Positions 1-10,027 of a stretch of 64,000 nucleotides of DNA are shown here, in pieces; position 1 is the first letter of the stretch, and every line of letters starts with the position of its first letter. Source of the DNA: Terriglobales bacterium (lineage in GTDB: Bacteria > Acidobacteriota > Terriglobia > Terriglobales > SCQP01). The translations under genes were made by a program, and so were the position numbers. The stretch lies in NCBI GenBank assembly GCA_050747745.1, contig JBOGKM010000086.1:69734-133733 (forward strand), written 5' to 3'. Below the pieces are notes generated by a model. That model did not search any database and was not told the origin of the DNA. It saw nothing but the letters and a program-made list of their open reading frames with translations.

Positions 1-64
1 CGCTGGCGCCGCAGCAGGAGGGGCAGGCGCGGAAGGCGGGCAAACGCCAGCAGGTGGGGGCGGC

Positions 65-877
65 ATGAGCGGGGGGCGGTGGCAAGTACGGGTGCTGGTG
101 CCGGGGCTGCCGCTGCAGGCGTGTTCGGTGCTGCTGACGCGGGCGCGGGAGGGAGGCGGGAAGGCGGAGCAGATCATCGTGGACACGTGTTTTCCGCAGC
201 ACGACACGCTGCTGCAGGACGGGCTGGCGCGGATGCGGGTGGCGCCGGGGGAGATCACGGGGATCATCAACACGCACTATCACCTGGACCATTGCGGCGG
301 GAACTTTCTGTTTCCGCAGGCGTGGGTGTACGGATCCAAGCGGGACTGTGATTGGGCGATCTCGATTTACGAGAGCGTGAGCGGGGGGGAGACACGGCGC
401 GAGGTATTCCGGACGTTTTATCCGGAGGCGACGGACGAGGAATTCGGCCGGATGGACGAGGCGCGGGTGCTGCAACTGCTGACCTGGATGTGGGATCCGG
501 CGATCTTGGGCGAACGCGGGCGGTACCGGTGGTGGGAAGAAGGGGAGCTGGGGGTGGAGGGGCTGCGGGTGATACCGACGCCGGGGCATTCGCCGGGGCA
601 CCTAGCGGTGCAGGTGCGGGGCGAAGAGGGGCCGTATCTGCTGGCGGGAGATGCGCGGGCGTTTGCCGACGACGTGGCGGAGGGCTTCGACATGCCGCCG
701 CATAACCGGGAGCTTTTTCGGCGATCGCGGCAGCGGCTGGATCAATTCCGCGGGGTGGTGATTCCGGGCCACGATGATCCGTTTACGCAGGAGAGGGAGT
801 CGGCGGCGGCGGTGCGGAGCACGGTGCGGGCGCCGGAAGGCCGGCTGGGGCGGCGGCTGGAGAACAAGCAACCATGA
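65..877 (+). CDS. MBL-fold metallo-hydrolase (lactonase/glyoxalase II-like)
   Basis: 270-aa ORF with the metallo-beta-lactamase motif THYHLDHCGG (HxHxDH) and later TPGHSPGH and PGHDD ligand-like motifs. Its stop overlaps the next start (ATGA at 874-877). Confidence 0.8.
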   Translation: MSGGRWQVRVLVPGLPLQACSVLLTRAREGGGKAEQIIVDTCFPQHDTLLQDGLARMRVAPGEITGIINTHYHLDHCGGNFLFPQAWVYGSKRDCDWAISIYESVSGGETRREVFRTFYPEATDEEFGRMDEARVLQLLTWMWDPAILGERGRYRWWEEGELGVEGLRVIPTPGHSPGHLAVQVRGEEGPYLLAGDARAFADDVAEGFDMPPHNRELFRRSRQRLDQFRGVVIPGHDDPFTQERESAAAVRSTVRAPEGRLGRRLENKQP

Positions 878-2070
878 GCAAGCAGGGAACGGCCCCCGCC
901 GGGGCGAGGCGAGGGGTGTCGCAGCGGGTGGAAGGGTTCACCGAGAGCGTGATCCGGGAGATGACGCGGCTGGCGATGGAGTACGAGGCGGTGAACCTGT
1001 CGCAGGGATTTCCGGATTTTGCGGCGCCGGAATTCATCAAGGAAGCAGCGGTACGTGCGATCCGGGAAAACGAGAACCAGTACGCGGTGACGTGGGGGGA
1101 TCCGCGGCTGCGGCAGGCGATCGCGGCGAAATACCAGCGTTGGTACGGGATGGAGGGGGGCGAGGGGCGGGTGACGGTGTGCTGCGGGGCGACGGAGGCG
1201 ATGATCGCGACGCTGATCGCGGTGCTGAACCCGGGCGACGAGACGGTGATTTTCGAGCCTTATTACGAGAACTACGGACCGGACTCGATCCTGAGCGGGG
1301 CGGCGCCGCGGTTCGTGACGCTGCGGCGCGAGGGGGAGAGCTGGGGATTTGACCGGGAGGAGCTGGCGGGGGCATTCAACGAGCGGACGCGGGCGATCAT
1401 CGTGAACACGCCCAACAACCCGACGGGGAAGGTGTTCACGCGGGCGGAGCTGGAGTTCATCCGCGACCTGTGCGTGCAGTGGGACTGCCTGGCGATCACG
1501 GACGAGATTTACGAGCACATCCTTTATGACGGACGGAAGCACATTCCGCTGGCGACGCTGCCGGGGATGGCCGAGCGGACGGTCACGGTGAGCGGAATCT
1601 CGAAGACGTTCAGCGTGACGGGATGGAGGGTGGGCTGGGCGCTGGCGCCGGAACGGCTGGCAGGGGGAATCCGCAAGGTGCATGATTTTCTGACGGTGGG
1701 CGCGCCGGCGCCGCTGCAGATTGCGGCGGCGGAGGCGCTGGAGCAGGGCGACGCGTACTGCCGGGGGCTGGCGGGCGAGTACAACGCGCGGCGGCAGCGG
1801 CTGGTACCGGGGCTGCAGCGGTCGGGGCTGGAATGCGCGCCGCCGGAGGGCGCGTATTACGTGATGTGCGATGTGAGCCGGTACCGGGAGCGCTGCCGGG
1901 GCGAGGAGTTCGCGCGCTGGATGGTGCGGGAGCTGGGAGTGGCGGCGGTGCCGGGCGGGAGCTTTTACCACGAGGCGGGGCTGGGAGCGGACCAGATCCG
2001 GTTTTGTTTTCCGAAAGTGGATGCGACGCTGGACGCGGCAGTGCAACGCCTGCAAAAACTGAATTCCTAA
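874..2070 (+). CDS. PLP-dependent aminotransferase, class I/II (kynurenine/methionine aminotransferase-like)
   Basis: 398-aa ORF with fold-type I signatures NTPNNPTGKVF and the PLP-lysine motif SGISKTFSVTGWRVGW. Translationally coupled to the upstream gene. Confidence 0.85.
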   Translation: MSKQGTAPAGARRGVSQRVEGFTESVIREMTRLAMEYEAVNLSQGFPDFAAPEFIKEAAVRAIRENENQYAVTWGDPRLRQAIAAKYQRWYGMEGGEGRVTVCCGATEAMIATLIAVLNPGDETVIFEPYYENYGPDSILSGAAPRFVTLRREGESWGFDREELAGAFNERTRAIIVNTPNNPTGKVFTRAELEFIRDLCVQWDCLAITDEIYEHILYDGRKHIPLATLPGMAERTVTVSGISKTFSVTGWRVGWALAPERLAGGIRKVHDFLTVGAPAPLQIAAAEALEQGDAYCRGLAGEYNARRQRLVPGLQRSGLECAPPEGAYYVMCDVSRYRERCRGEEFARWMVRELGVAAVPGGSFYHEAGLGADQIRFCFPKVDATLDAAVQRLQKLNS

Positions 2071-2086
2071 GGACACAACAACAGCT

Positions 2087-3256
2087 ATGAAAGCCGCAAT
2101 TATTTCCGCGGAGTGGTCTCCGCGTCCTGGATATGCCGTAACGCCGGAAGAGAACCGCACGCACATGGCACGGGTGGGCAGCTCGTGCTGGAAACATCCG
2201 GCGGCGGCGGTGGGAACGCTGCCGGATCCGGAGCCCGGGCCCGACGATGTGATTCTGCGGGTGGGAGCGGCGGGGCTGTGCGGCAGCGACCTGCACTTTT
2301 TCGAAACCGACGGGGACGGGTACATGCAGTATCCCGGCATGGCGCGTTTTCCGAGCGTGCCCGGGCACGAGGTGTCGGGCGAGGTGGTGGCCTGCGGGGC
2401 GCAGGTGAGGTATCTGAAGGCGGGCGACCTGGTGTGCCTGGACGACATGGTGTGCTGCCACAAGTGCGAGGCGTGCCGGCGGGGATTTCCCAACCAGTGC
2501 GAGAACTTGGACGACGTGGGTTTTACCATGAACGGCGGCTGCGCCGAGCTGCTGCGGGTACCGGAGAGCAACTGCTGGAAGATCAACCAATTGGTGGAGC
2601 GGTTCGGGTCGAAGGCGAAGACGCTGGAAGCAGGAGCAGTGATCGAGCCGTTCACGGTGGGGTACAACGCACTGTTCGAGTGCGCAGCGCGGATCAAGCC
2701 AGGCGTGTACGCGACCGTGTTTGGAGCGGGATCGATCGGGCTGGCGGTGATCCAACTGCTGCGGGCGACGGGAGCGGCAAAGGTGCTGTGCTTCGAGCGC
2801 AATGCCGGGCGGCGGGAGCTGGCGAGCAAAGTGGGCGCGCATGCGGTATTCGAGGCGGGCGAAGCGGCGGCGACGGCGGCGAGGGTGATGGAGGCCACCG
2901 GCGGAGCGGGTGCGGACGTGCAGGTGGAGTGCGCGGGGGCGTTCCAGTCGAGCATCGCGGCGATGGAGGGATGCGCGGCCAACGGCAGCCAGGTGGTGGT
3001 GATTGGCCGAGATGTGGCGCGCGTGCCGGTGTTTCTGGAGACCTACCAGGTGAAGAAGGCCAACATCATTGGAGCCATGGGCAACACCGGGTATGGAACC
3101 TATCCCAACGTGCTGCGGATGATGGCGGCAGGGCTGTTGGATCCGACCTTGTTCATAACCGACCGGTACCGGCTGGAGGAATTCAACGGAGCGCTGAAGA
3201 AGGCGCAGAGCCGGGCGGGGGGGAAGGTGCTGCTGAAAATCGGGGATCAGGGATAG
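2087..3256 (+). CDS. Zinc-dependent alcohol/polyol dehydrogenase (MDR family)
   Basis: 389-aa ORF with PGHEVSGEVV (catalytic Zn), the cysteine cluster CCHKCEACRRGFPNQC (structural Zn) and a Rossmann GAGSIGLAV motif. Confidence 0.85.
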   Translation: MKAAIISAEWSPRPGYAVTPEENRTHMARVGSSCWKHPAAAVGTLPDPEPGPDDVILRVGAAGLCGSDLHFFETDGDGYMQYPGMARFPSVPGHEVSGEVVACGAQVRYLKAGDLVCLDDMVCCHKCEACRRGFPNQCENLDDVGFTMNGGCAELLRVPESNCWKINQLVERFGSKAKTLEAGAVIEPFTVGYNALFECAARIKPGVYATVFGAGSIGLAVIQLLRATGAAKVLCFERNAGRRELASKVGAHAVFEAGEAAATAARVMEATGGAGADVQVECAGAFQSSIAAMEGCAANGSQVVVIGRDVARVPVFLETYQVKKANIIGAMGNTGYGTYPNVLRMMAAGLLDPTLFITDRYRLEEFNGALKKAQSRAGGKVLLKIGDQG

Positions 3257-3259
3257 GGA

Positions 3260-5656
3260 TCACGGTTCGCGGAGGGCGAGGAGGGGGTCGACGCGGGCGG
3301 CGCGGCGGGCGGGGAGCCAACAGGCGAGGGCGGCGACTGCCAGCAGCAGGGCGGAGGCGGCGAACAAGGTGAGCGGGTCGAACGAGCTGACGGCGGGTAA
3401 GAAAGCGGCGGCGAGATGACCGAAGGCGAGCACCAGAGCCAGGCCGGCAAGGGCGCCGGCCCAGGCGGGTTGCATGCCTTGGGCGAGCAGCAGTCGTAGC
3501 AATTGGGACCGATCGGCGCCCAGAGCCATGCGCAGGCCAATTTCGCGGCGGCGCTGGGCCACGGCGAAGCTGACGGCGCTGTAAACGCCGACGGCAGCGA
3601 GCACCAAAGCCAGCAGAGCGAAGGCGAGCAGGAGGGCCAGCACCAGGCGGGGCTGAGCGAGGGTGGCGTTCACGCGCGCGGCCATGGTTTGCACTTCGGT
3701 GATGGGCTGGTTGGGATCGATGGATTGAATCTGCGCGGCGGCGGCGGGGCGGAGCGAGAGAGGATCGGCGAGACGGGTGCGCAGGACAAAGAACAGGACG
3801 TTGGTGAAGAGCTGGGCCTGGGCTTGGGGGATGTAGGCCTCCGGCGGCGGCGCGACCGGGGTGAGGCCAGACTCACGGACGTGGGCGACGACGCCGACAA
3901 TTTCGCGCCTGGAGCCGGCGAATTCAATCTGGCGGCCGAGGGCGGCCGAGAGCGGAAGCGCAGGCCAGAAATGGTGGACGAAGGCGGTGTCCACGATGGC
4001 GACCGGAGCGGCGTGGGCAGCGTCGGAGGGCGCGAAGGCGCGCCCGCTGAGCAAGTGCATGCCCATGGCGGCGAAATAATGGCCGGCAATGTTGGCGATA
4101 TCGGCGGTAGGCTGCTGGCCTTGGGGCGGGGCAGGTTGGCCGGGGATGGCGACGGGCAGGGGGATGGCGCCAGTGGCGAACGGCAGCGGGAAAGCGCCGC
4201 CGGCAGCAATGACGCCGGGCAGATGCGCCAGCTTGAGCTGAGCCTGGCGGAAAAAGGCGAGCTGGGCAGCGGGGACGGGATAGCTGGAGGTGGGCAGTCC
4301 GATGACGAAGCTTAGAGCACCATGGGGATCGAAGCCGGGATTGACAGCTTCCAGACGCGCCACACTGCGCAGCAAAAGACCGGCGCCGACGAGCAGCAGC
4401 AGGGCCAGTGCGAGCTGAGTGCCGACCAGCAGGGCGCGCAGGCGGCGATGGCCGGCAATGCCACCTGCGTCGGCGCGGGCGAGGACAGCCGCGGGCTGGA
4501 CACGGGCGGCGGCAAGCGCAGGGACCAAACCACAGAGGAGGGCGGTGAGAATCGCCAAGGCGAGGGCGGCGGCGAGCACCGGCAGATTCAAGGGGACGTG
4601 ATGGGTGCGCGGGAGGGAGGCGAGCAGGGCGGGAGCGGCGCGGAGGATCCAGAAAGCGATGCCGCAGCCGGCAGCAGCGCCGGCAAAGCCGAGGGCGAAG
4701 CTTTCGCGCAGACGGCGGCGCAGGAGGCAGGCGGGGGAAGCGCCGAGCGCAGCGCGCAGGGCATCCTCGGGGCGCTGGCGGGTGGCGCGGGCCAGCAGCA
4801 GGTTGGCGAGGTTGGCGCAGGCGAGCAACAGGAGCAGGCCGACAGCGGCGAGCAAGCCCCACAGTACCGGCTGCGCCTCACCAGCGATGCTGGCCACGAG
4901 CGGCGAGGCGAGGACGGTGATGCCGGAGTTGGAGGCGGGATAGCGGCGGGCGAGGCGAGCGGCGATGGAGTGAAGATCGGATTGAGCGGCGGCGAGGGTG
5001 ACGCCCGGGCGGAGGCGCGCGAGCACGGCCATGGCGGTGCGGGAGTTGCGCTGGTTGAGTTTGGGATGATGCGCGAGGAAGGAACCGAGCGGGGTCCAGA
5101 AGCGGGTGGGGCCGGCGGCAAGGGGAAGGTTGGGCGGCATAACGCCGACGAGGGTGCGGGCAACGCCATCGAGCTCGATGGTGCGGCCGAGCCAGGCGGG
5201 ATTCGAGCCCAGACGCCGGCGCCAGAACCTGGAGGAGACGACAACGACGGCGGGGGCGCCGGGGGCGTCGTCGGCGGGAGAGAGGGCGCGGCCCAGGGTT
5301 GGAGGCACGCCTAATAGGGAGAAATAATTCCCGCTGACGCGGAGGCCTGCGACAAAAGCAGGCGGGCCGAGGTGAGTGAGCGCCATGTCGGAGGGGCGAG
5401 CAGCGGCAATGGCGGAGAAGACGCGGTTGGAGGATTGCCAATCCAGGAAATCGGGATAGGAAACCGGGAGCACGGTCGCGGTGCGGCTGGACTCGAGCAG
5501 AGAAAGCACCTGGGCGGGGTGAGGAATCGGCAGCGGGGCGAGCAACACGGCCTGGATGACGCTGAACAAGGCAGTGGCGGCGCCGATGCCCAGGGCGAGA
5601 GTCGCCACGCCGAGGATGGCCCAACCCCAACGGCGCCACCAGGACCGCGGTTGCAT
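3260..5656 (-). CDS. MacB/FtsX-type ABC transporter permease, ADOP-like (duplicated orphan permease)
   Basis: 798-aa ORF. N-terminus ATLALGIGAATALFSVIQAVLLAPLPIP, a large periplasmic region, two FtsX-like 4-TM halves, and C-terminus LPARRAARVDPLLALREP. No ABC ATPase gene is adjacent. Confidence 0.85.
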   Translation of the reverse strand: MQPRSWWRRWGWAILGVATLALGIGAATALFSVIQAVLLAPLPIPHPAQVLSLLESSRTATVLPVSYPDFLDWQSSNRVFSAIAAARPSDMALTHLGPPAFVAGLRVSGNYFSLLGVPPTLGRALSPADDAPGAPAVVVVSSRFWRRRLGSNPAWLGRTIELDGVARTLVGVMPPNLPLAAGPTRFWTPLGSFLAHHPKLNQRNSRTAMAVLARLRPGVTLAAAQSDLHSIAARLARRYPASNSGITVLASPLVASIAGEAQPVLWGLLAAVGLLLLLACANLANLLLARATRQRPEDALRAALGASPACLLRRRLRESFALGFAGAAAGCGIAFWILRAAPALLASLPRTHHVPLNLPVLAAALALAILTALLCGLVPALAAARVQPAAVLARADAGGIAGHRRLRALLVGTQLALALLLLVGAGLLLRSVARLEAVNPGFDPHGALSFVIGLPTSSYPVPAAQLAFFRQAQLKLAHLPGVIAAGGAFPLPFATGAIPLPVAIPGQPAPPQGQQPTADIANIAGHYFAAMGMHLLSGRAFAPSDAAHAAPVAIVDTAFVHHFWPALPLSAALGRQIEFAGSRREIVGVVAHVRESGLTPVAPPPEAYIPQAQAQLFTNVLFFVLRTRLADPLSLRPAAAAQIQSIDPNQPITEVQTMAARVNATLAQPRLVLALLLAFALLALVLAAVGVYSAVSFAVAQRRREIGLRMALGADRSQLLRLLLAQGMQPAWAGALAGLALVLAFGHLAAAFLPAVSSFDPLTLFAASALLLAVAALACWLPARRAARVDPLLALREP

Positions 5657-5787
5657 GGTGAGTTAAGTATGAAGCCGGTGGGACGGCAACGCGGGAGGGT
5701 GGCGAGATTGATTCCGGGGGGAAGCGCGGAAGGACGCGCCGGGTTACGATAGGCAAACTGGTCCGTTTGCGGACCGGAAAAAACGGC

Positions 5788-7059
5788 ATGGAGAACGGGA
5801 TCGGCCGGGGGTGGATGCTGGTTTGCCTGCTGGCGTGCCCGGCGTTACTAAGCGGGCAGAGCGCAGCGACGGCGGCAACGGCAGCGAGTGCGAGCGCGGC
5901 GGTGCAGAGCACGGCCGGTACCACGGCACCGGCAGCGACGCCGGCGGCAGCACCCGCAGCGGCGTCAGCCCAGGAACAAGAGCAGGCGGGCGGGATGGCG
6001 GGCATGCCGGCGCCGCCAGCGATTGTGAAGTACCCGGCGATGACCATTCAGGGATTCGCCGACATTGACTTTTCGGCGCAGGATCAAGGCGACGAGCGGG
6101 TGGGGACCGCGACCGGATTCACGCCGCCGGGAGCGTCGAGCGGGTTCGACCTGGGGCAGTTCGTGCTGCATTTTACGGGAGCACTGTCGCCGCGGGTGAG
6201 CTATTTCGCGGAAGTGAGCTGGACGTCGGGAGCAGATGGGTTTACGACCACCATCGAGCGCTCCATCATCCAGTACGACTATAACGATTACTTCAAGATT
6301 TCGGCGGGGCGGTACCACACGCCGATCATGTACTGGAACACGGCGTTTCACCACGGACTGTGGCTGCAAACGACGATCAGCCGGCCGGAGATGATCCAGT
6401 TTGGCGGGCAATTGATTCCGGTGCATTTTATCGGGCTGCTGGCGCAAGGGACAGTTCCCGGCAGCGGGTCGCTGCACGTGCACTACGATTTGGGAGTGGG
6501 GAACGGGCGCGGCGCCAATATCGCCGAACCGGGCAACGCCGGCGACATCAACAACAATCGCGCCTGGCTGGCGACGCTGTACGCGCAACCGACGTGGGCT
6601 TACAAATGGGAGGTTGGCGGCAGCGTGTACCGGGACAAGATCGGACCGGCGACGGGGATTGTGGGCAACTACGGGGAGTGGATTGACACGGCGCGGCTGA
6701 TCTACACGGGGGAGACGCCAGAGTTTCTGGCCGAGTTCGCCAATATCCAGCACACGCGGATGGGGGCGCCGGGGATGTGGAACAGCCAGGCGGGATATGC
6801 ACAGATCGGCTACCGGCTGCCGATTTGGCAGGCGAAGTGGAAGCCGTATTACCGCTACGAGTACATTCACATACCCACCAGCGATCCGGTGTTCAACGTG
6901 CCGGGCAACACGGTGCCGTCGTTGTCGGGATCGATTTTCGGGGTGCGGTATGATTTTTCCAACTACGCGGCGCTGAAGATCGAGTACCGGAATTCGCGGC
7001 GGTTTGCCAACCAGCCGCGCATCAACGGATTGTTTGTGCAGACGGCGCTGGTGTTTTGA
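5788..7059 (+). CDS. Putative outer-membrane beta-barrel porin
   Basis: Signal peptide (WMLVCLLACPALLSGQS), an Ala/Thr-rich linker, alternating aromatic/polar beta-strand pattern, and a C-terminal OMP signature ending ...FVQTALVF. The ORF opens at TTG 5767; ATG 5788 or 5815 is a more plausible start. Confidence 0.6.
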   Translation: MENGIGRGWMLVCLLACPALLSGQSAATAATAASASAAVQSTAGTTAPAATPAAAPAAASAQEQEQAGGMAGMPAPPAIVKYPAMTIQGFADIDFSAQDQGDERVGTATGFTPPGASSGFDLGQFVLHFTGALSPRVSYFAEVSWTSGADGFTTTIERSIIQYDYNDYFKISAGRYHTPIMYWNTAFHHGLWLQTTISRPEMIQFGGQLIPVHFIGLLAQGTVPGSGSLHVHYDLGVGNGRGANIAEPGNAGDINNNRAWLATLYAQPTWAYKWEVGGSVYRDKIGPATGIVGNYGEWIDTARLIYTGETPEFLAEFANIQHTRMGAPGMWNSQAGYAQIGYRLPIWQAKWKPYYRYEYIHIPTSDPVFNVPGNTVPSLSGSIFGVRYDFSNYAALKIEYRNSRRFANQPRINGLFVQTALVF

Positions 7060-7065
7060 GGAGCT

Positions 7066-7593
7066 ATGAGCGGGCAGATGCGGCAAGGAATGCAGGGGAA
7101 GATGCGGGGGGCGGCGGTGTGGGGCGGGCTGTGGCTGGCGCTGGCGGGCGTGGTGGCGGCGCAAAAGCCGGCGCGCAAGGCGGCTAGCGCTTCGAAAGCG
7201 GTGGCGATCCTGGTGAATCCGGCGACGCCGGTGAGCAATTTGACGCTGGTGCAGTTGCGGGAAATCATGCTGGGGAACCGGCAGTTCTGGTCGAACCGGC
7301 AGCCGATCGTGCTGCTGGTGCGGGCGCCGGTGGCGCCGGAGCGAACGGCGGTACTGCAAATCATTTACCGGATGTCGGAGGCGGAATTCCGGCAATACTG
7401 GATCGCGAAGATTTTCCGGGACGAAGCGGCAACGGCGCCCAAGATCGTCTATAGCGCCAACATGACCAACGAACTGGTGGTGGCGATTCCTGGGGCGATT
7501 GGGTTTCTGGAGGCGGACCAGGTGCGGCCGGGGCCGAAGGTGCTGACCATAGATGGCAAGCGGCCGGGGGAGAAGGGCTACCCCCTGCAGTAA
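7066..7593 (+). CDS. Small periplasmic PBP-like (phosphate-binding-protein-like) domain protein
   Basis: 175-aa ORF with a GAGGAG Shine-Dalgarno just upstream and a signal peptide (AAVWGGLWLALAGVVAAQ). The segment LTLVQLREIMLGNRQFW resembles the PBP-like 'substrate-binding domain' family. The family call is by eye only. Confidence 0.55.
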   Translation: MSGQMRQGMQGKMRGAAVWGGLWLALAGVVAAQKPARKAASASKAVAILVNPATPVSNLTLVQLREIMLGNRQFWSNRQPIVLLVRAPVAPERTAVLQIIYRMSEAEFRQYWIAKIFRDEAATAPKIVYSANMTNELVVAIPGAIGFLEADQVRPGPKVLTIDGKRPGEKGYPLQ

Positions 7594-7605
7594 ACGGGCG
7601 GGGCG

Positions 7606-9216
7606 ATGACCATCCGGCGGAAGCTGAGCTTGGCGTTCACGCTGATTCTGGTGCTGTTCGGCGTGAACCTGGCGATCTATTTCTGGGGATCGGCGGAACG
7701 TGGGCGGACGGTAACGACGCTGAGCCGGGCACTGACGCGCGTGGGGCTGATGGCGGGCATCAACCAGAAGCTGGACGATCTGCACAAGCAGATCACGATT
7801 TTAAGCGGCATCAGCGTGGGAGCGGGAGCGGCGGCGGCGAGTCCGCAGGAGATCCATCAATTTACCGGCCAACTGGCGGGCGTGGGGGCCCAGGTGCGGC
7901 AGCTGGGAGCGCTGGCCGAAGACGCGAGCGAACGCAGCAGCGTGGCGGAATTTGCAGCGACCTTCCAGCAGTTGGCGCAATCGTGGACGCGCTACTACCA
8001 GGATTTCGGAGTGCACCAGGACCTGGCGGTGATCGAGCTGGCGCTGCACGGAGACCCGCTGAGCGACGAGCTATTCCAGCGGCGACTGCCGGAGCTGGAA
8101 CGCGGCGAGGAACTGCAAGTGAGCCGGGCGAAGGTGAACTTCGCGCGGATGTCGCGCATCACGGACCGGGTGAGCCTGGGGATCTTCGTGCTGACGCTGC
8201 TGGCGGCGCTGGGGATCGCGTGGGGGATGTGGCGGGAGCTGGCGGGAGCGATGGGCGAGCTGACCGGCGCGGCGGGGGAATGGGGCGGAGGGAAACTGGA
8301 CCACCGCATGCGGGCGCGGGCGGACGAATTCGGCGCGCTGGGGAGAAGTTTCAACCGCATGGCGGAGTCGCTGCAGGAGGCGCAGGCGAGCGTGCGCCAG
8401 CACGCGAAGCAGTTGGAAGCGGGCAACCGGAAACTGGCGGATACCAACCGGGAAATCGAACAACAGAAGCAGCGCGGGGACGAACTGCTGCGCAACATTT
8501 TGCCGGCGGCGATCGCGGAGGAGCTGCAAGGACACGGGAGCGTGGCGCCAAAATATTTCGAGGATGTGACGATTCTGTTCACAGATTTCGTGGGCTTTAC
8601 GCGGGCCAGCGAGAGCCTGCCGGTGGAGGAGCTGATCCGGCGGCTGCACCGGTATTTCACCCGCTTCGATGAGATCGCGGTGGCCTACGGACTGGAGAAG
8701 CTGAAGACGATCGGGGATGCGTACATGTGCGCGGGCGGGATTCCGGTGAAGAACTCGTCGCATCCGGTGGACGCGGTGCTGGCAGCGTTCGCGATGCAAG
8801 AGGCGGCAGAAGAGGAGGGTGAGATGGAGGGGTGGCCGGTGAGAATCGGGATTCACACCGGGCCGGTAGCGGCGGGAGTGGTCGGGATTCACAAATTCGC
8901 CTTCGACCTTTGGGGGGATACGGTGAACTTCGCCTCGCGACTGGAGGCGACCGGGGAAGCCAATCGCATCAACGTGTCGGCCAGCACCTGGAGCCGGATC
9001 AAGGATTTCTTTGACTGCGAAGCGCGGGGGCGGATCGCGACCAAAGAGAACAAGCAGTACGAGATGTACTTTGTGCGGGGGCTGCGGGAGGACTTGCAAA
9101 GCGGCGGGGCAGGCGATACGGCAGCAGGATTTGCGCGGCGCTACCAGATCTATTTTTCGCGGCTGCCACCGGAGCTGCCCGCGCGGCTGAAGCCGACGGT
9201 GGCAGCTTCAGAATAA
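7606..9216 (+). CDS. Membrane-bound class III adenylate/guanylate cyclase with periplasmic helical sensor and HAMP domain
   Basis: 536-aa ORF. TM1 LAFTLILVLFGVNLAIYFW and TM2 LGIFVLTLLAALGIAWGMW flank about 160 aa of helical sensor. A HAMP-like linker (FGALGRSFNRMAESL) and coiled coil follow, then cyclase motifs ILFTDFVGFT, KTIGDAYM, GIHTGPVAAGVVG and LWGDTVNFASRLE. Confidence 0.85.
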   Translation: MTIRRKLSLAFTLILVLFGVNLAIYFWGSAERGRTVTTLSRALTRVGLMAGINQKLDDLHKQITILSGISVGAGAAAASPQEIHQFTGQLAGVGAQVRQLGALAEDASERSSVAEFAATFQQLAQSWTRYYQDFGVHQDLAVIELALHGDPLSDELFQRRLPELERGEELQVSRAKVNFARMSRITDRVSLGIFVLTLLAALGIAWGMWRELAGAMGELTGAAGEWGGGKLDHRMRARADEFGALGRSFNRMAESLQEAQASVRQHAKQLEAGNRKLADTNREIEQQKQRGDELLRNILPAAIAEELQGHGSVAPKYFEDVTILFTDFVGFTRASESLPVEELIRRLHRYFTRFDEIAVAYGLEKLKTIGDAYMCAGGIPVKNSSHPVDAVLAAFAMQEAAEEEGEMEGWPVRIGIHTGPVAAGVVGIHKFAFDLWGDTVNFASRLEATGEANRINVSASTWSRIKDFFDCEARGRIATKENKQYEMYFVRGLREDLQSGGAGDTAAGFARRYQIYFSRLPPELPARLKPTVAASE

Positions 9217-9227
9217 GCTTGCAGCAC

Positions 9228-9998
9228 ATGCTGCCGTCGATTCACCCTGCCGCCGCGCGTGGTTTTGAGGCGGGCGCGAGACGCTACGCGGCTTCGCGGC
9301 CGGAGTATCCGGTGGCCGTGGAGGCATGGCTACGCGCGGAGCTGAGGCTTGGAACCGGGCGACGGGTGCTGGATTTGGGTTCGGGCACGGGCAAGTTTTT
9401 GCCGCGGCTGGAGGCGAGCGGAGCGCACGTCGTCGCGGTTGAACCGGTGGCGGCCATGTGCGCCGAGCTTGCGGCGGGGCATCCCGGGGTAAACCTGGTG
9501 CGCAGTGCGGCCACGCACATTCCGCTGCGCGACGGCTGCGCCGACGCGGTGACGTGCGCGCAATCGTTTCACTGGTTTGCGAGCGCGGAGGCGCTGGAAG
9601 AGATCCGGAGGGTGTTGCGGCCGGGCGGATGGCTGGGATTGGTGTGGAACATGCGGGATGAGCGGGTGGAGTGGGTGGCGGAACTGACTCGGCTGTTGGA
9701 GCCGTACGAGGGCGGGGCGCCGCGCTACCGCTCCGGGCAATGGCGGCAGGCATTTCCGGCGCGCGGATTCGGTTCGCTGCGGGAAGCCAGTTTTCCGCAC
9801 CAGCAGGAAGGCGAACCGGAGGTGGTGATCGTGCAGCGCATGCTGTCCACCAGCTTTGTCTCAGCGCTGCCGAAGGCACAACAGGATGACATCGCAGGCG
9901 CCATCCGGGCAGTGATCGCGCGCACGCCAGCGCTGGCCGGGAAAGCGAGGGTAAGGTTTCCTTATGTGACCGGGGCCTATTGCTGCCAGAGAGTTTAA
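9228..9998 (+). CDS. Class I SAM-dependent methyltransferase
   Basis: Motif I VLDLGSGTGKF and a post-I acidic residue (VAVEP); type-11 methyltransferase-like length. The ORF opens at TTG 9219; the first ATG is at 9228. Confidence 0.8.
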   Translation: MLPSIHPAAARGFEAGARRYAASRPEYPVAVEAWLRAELRLGTGRRVLDLGSGTGKFLPRLEASGAHVVAVEPVAAMCAELAAGHPGVNLVRSAATHIPLRDGCADAVTCAQSFHWFASAEALEEIRRVLRPGGWLGLVWNMRDERVEWVAELTRLLEPYEGGAPRYRSGQWRQAFPARGFGSLREASFPHQQEGEPEVVIVQRMLSTSFVSALPKAQQDDIAGAIRAVIARTPALAGKARVRFPYVTGAYCCQRV

Positions 9999-10027
9999 GC
10001 CTGTTAGCGGTATTGCCAACGGCCTGA

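Noticed and set aside
742-2982. 746-aa minus-strand ORF spanning the aminotransferase and ADH genes
   Set aside because: Its composition is Arg/Pro/His/Ala-rich low complexity. It lies antisense to two plus-strand genes that carry clear catalytic motifs. This is a typical shadow ORF from stop-codon scarcity in GC-rich DNA.
5965-7785. 606-aa minus-strand ORF across the porin, PBP-like and cyclase genes
   Set aside because: It is an Arg/Pro/His-rich shadow ORF crossing three well-supported plus-strand genes and their intergenic spacers. No motif was seen.
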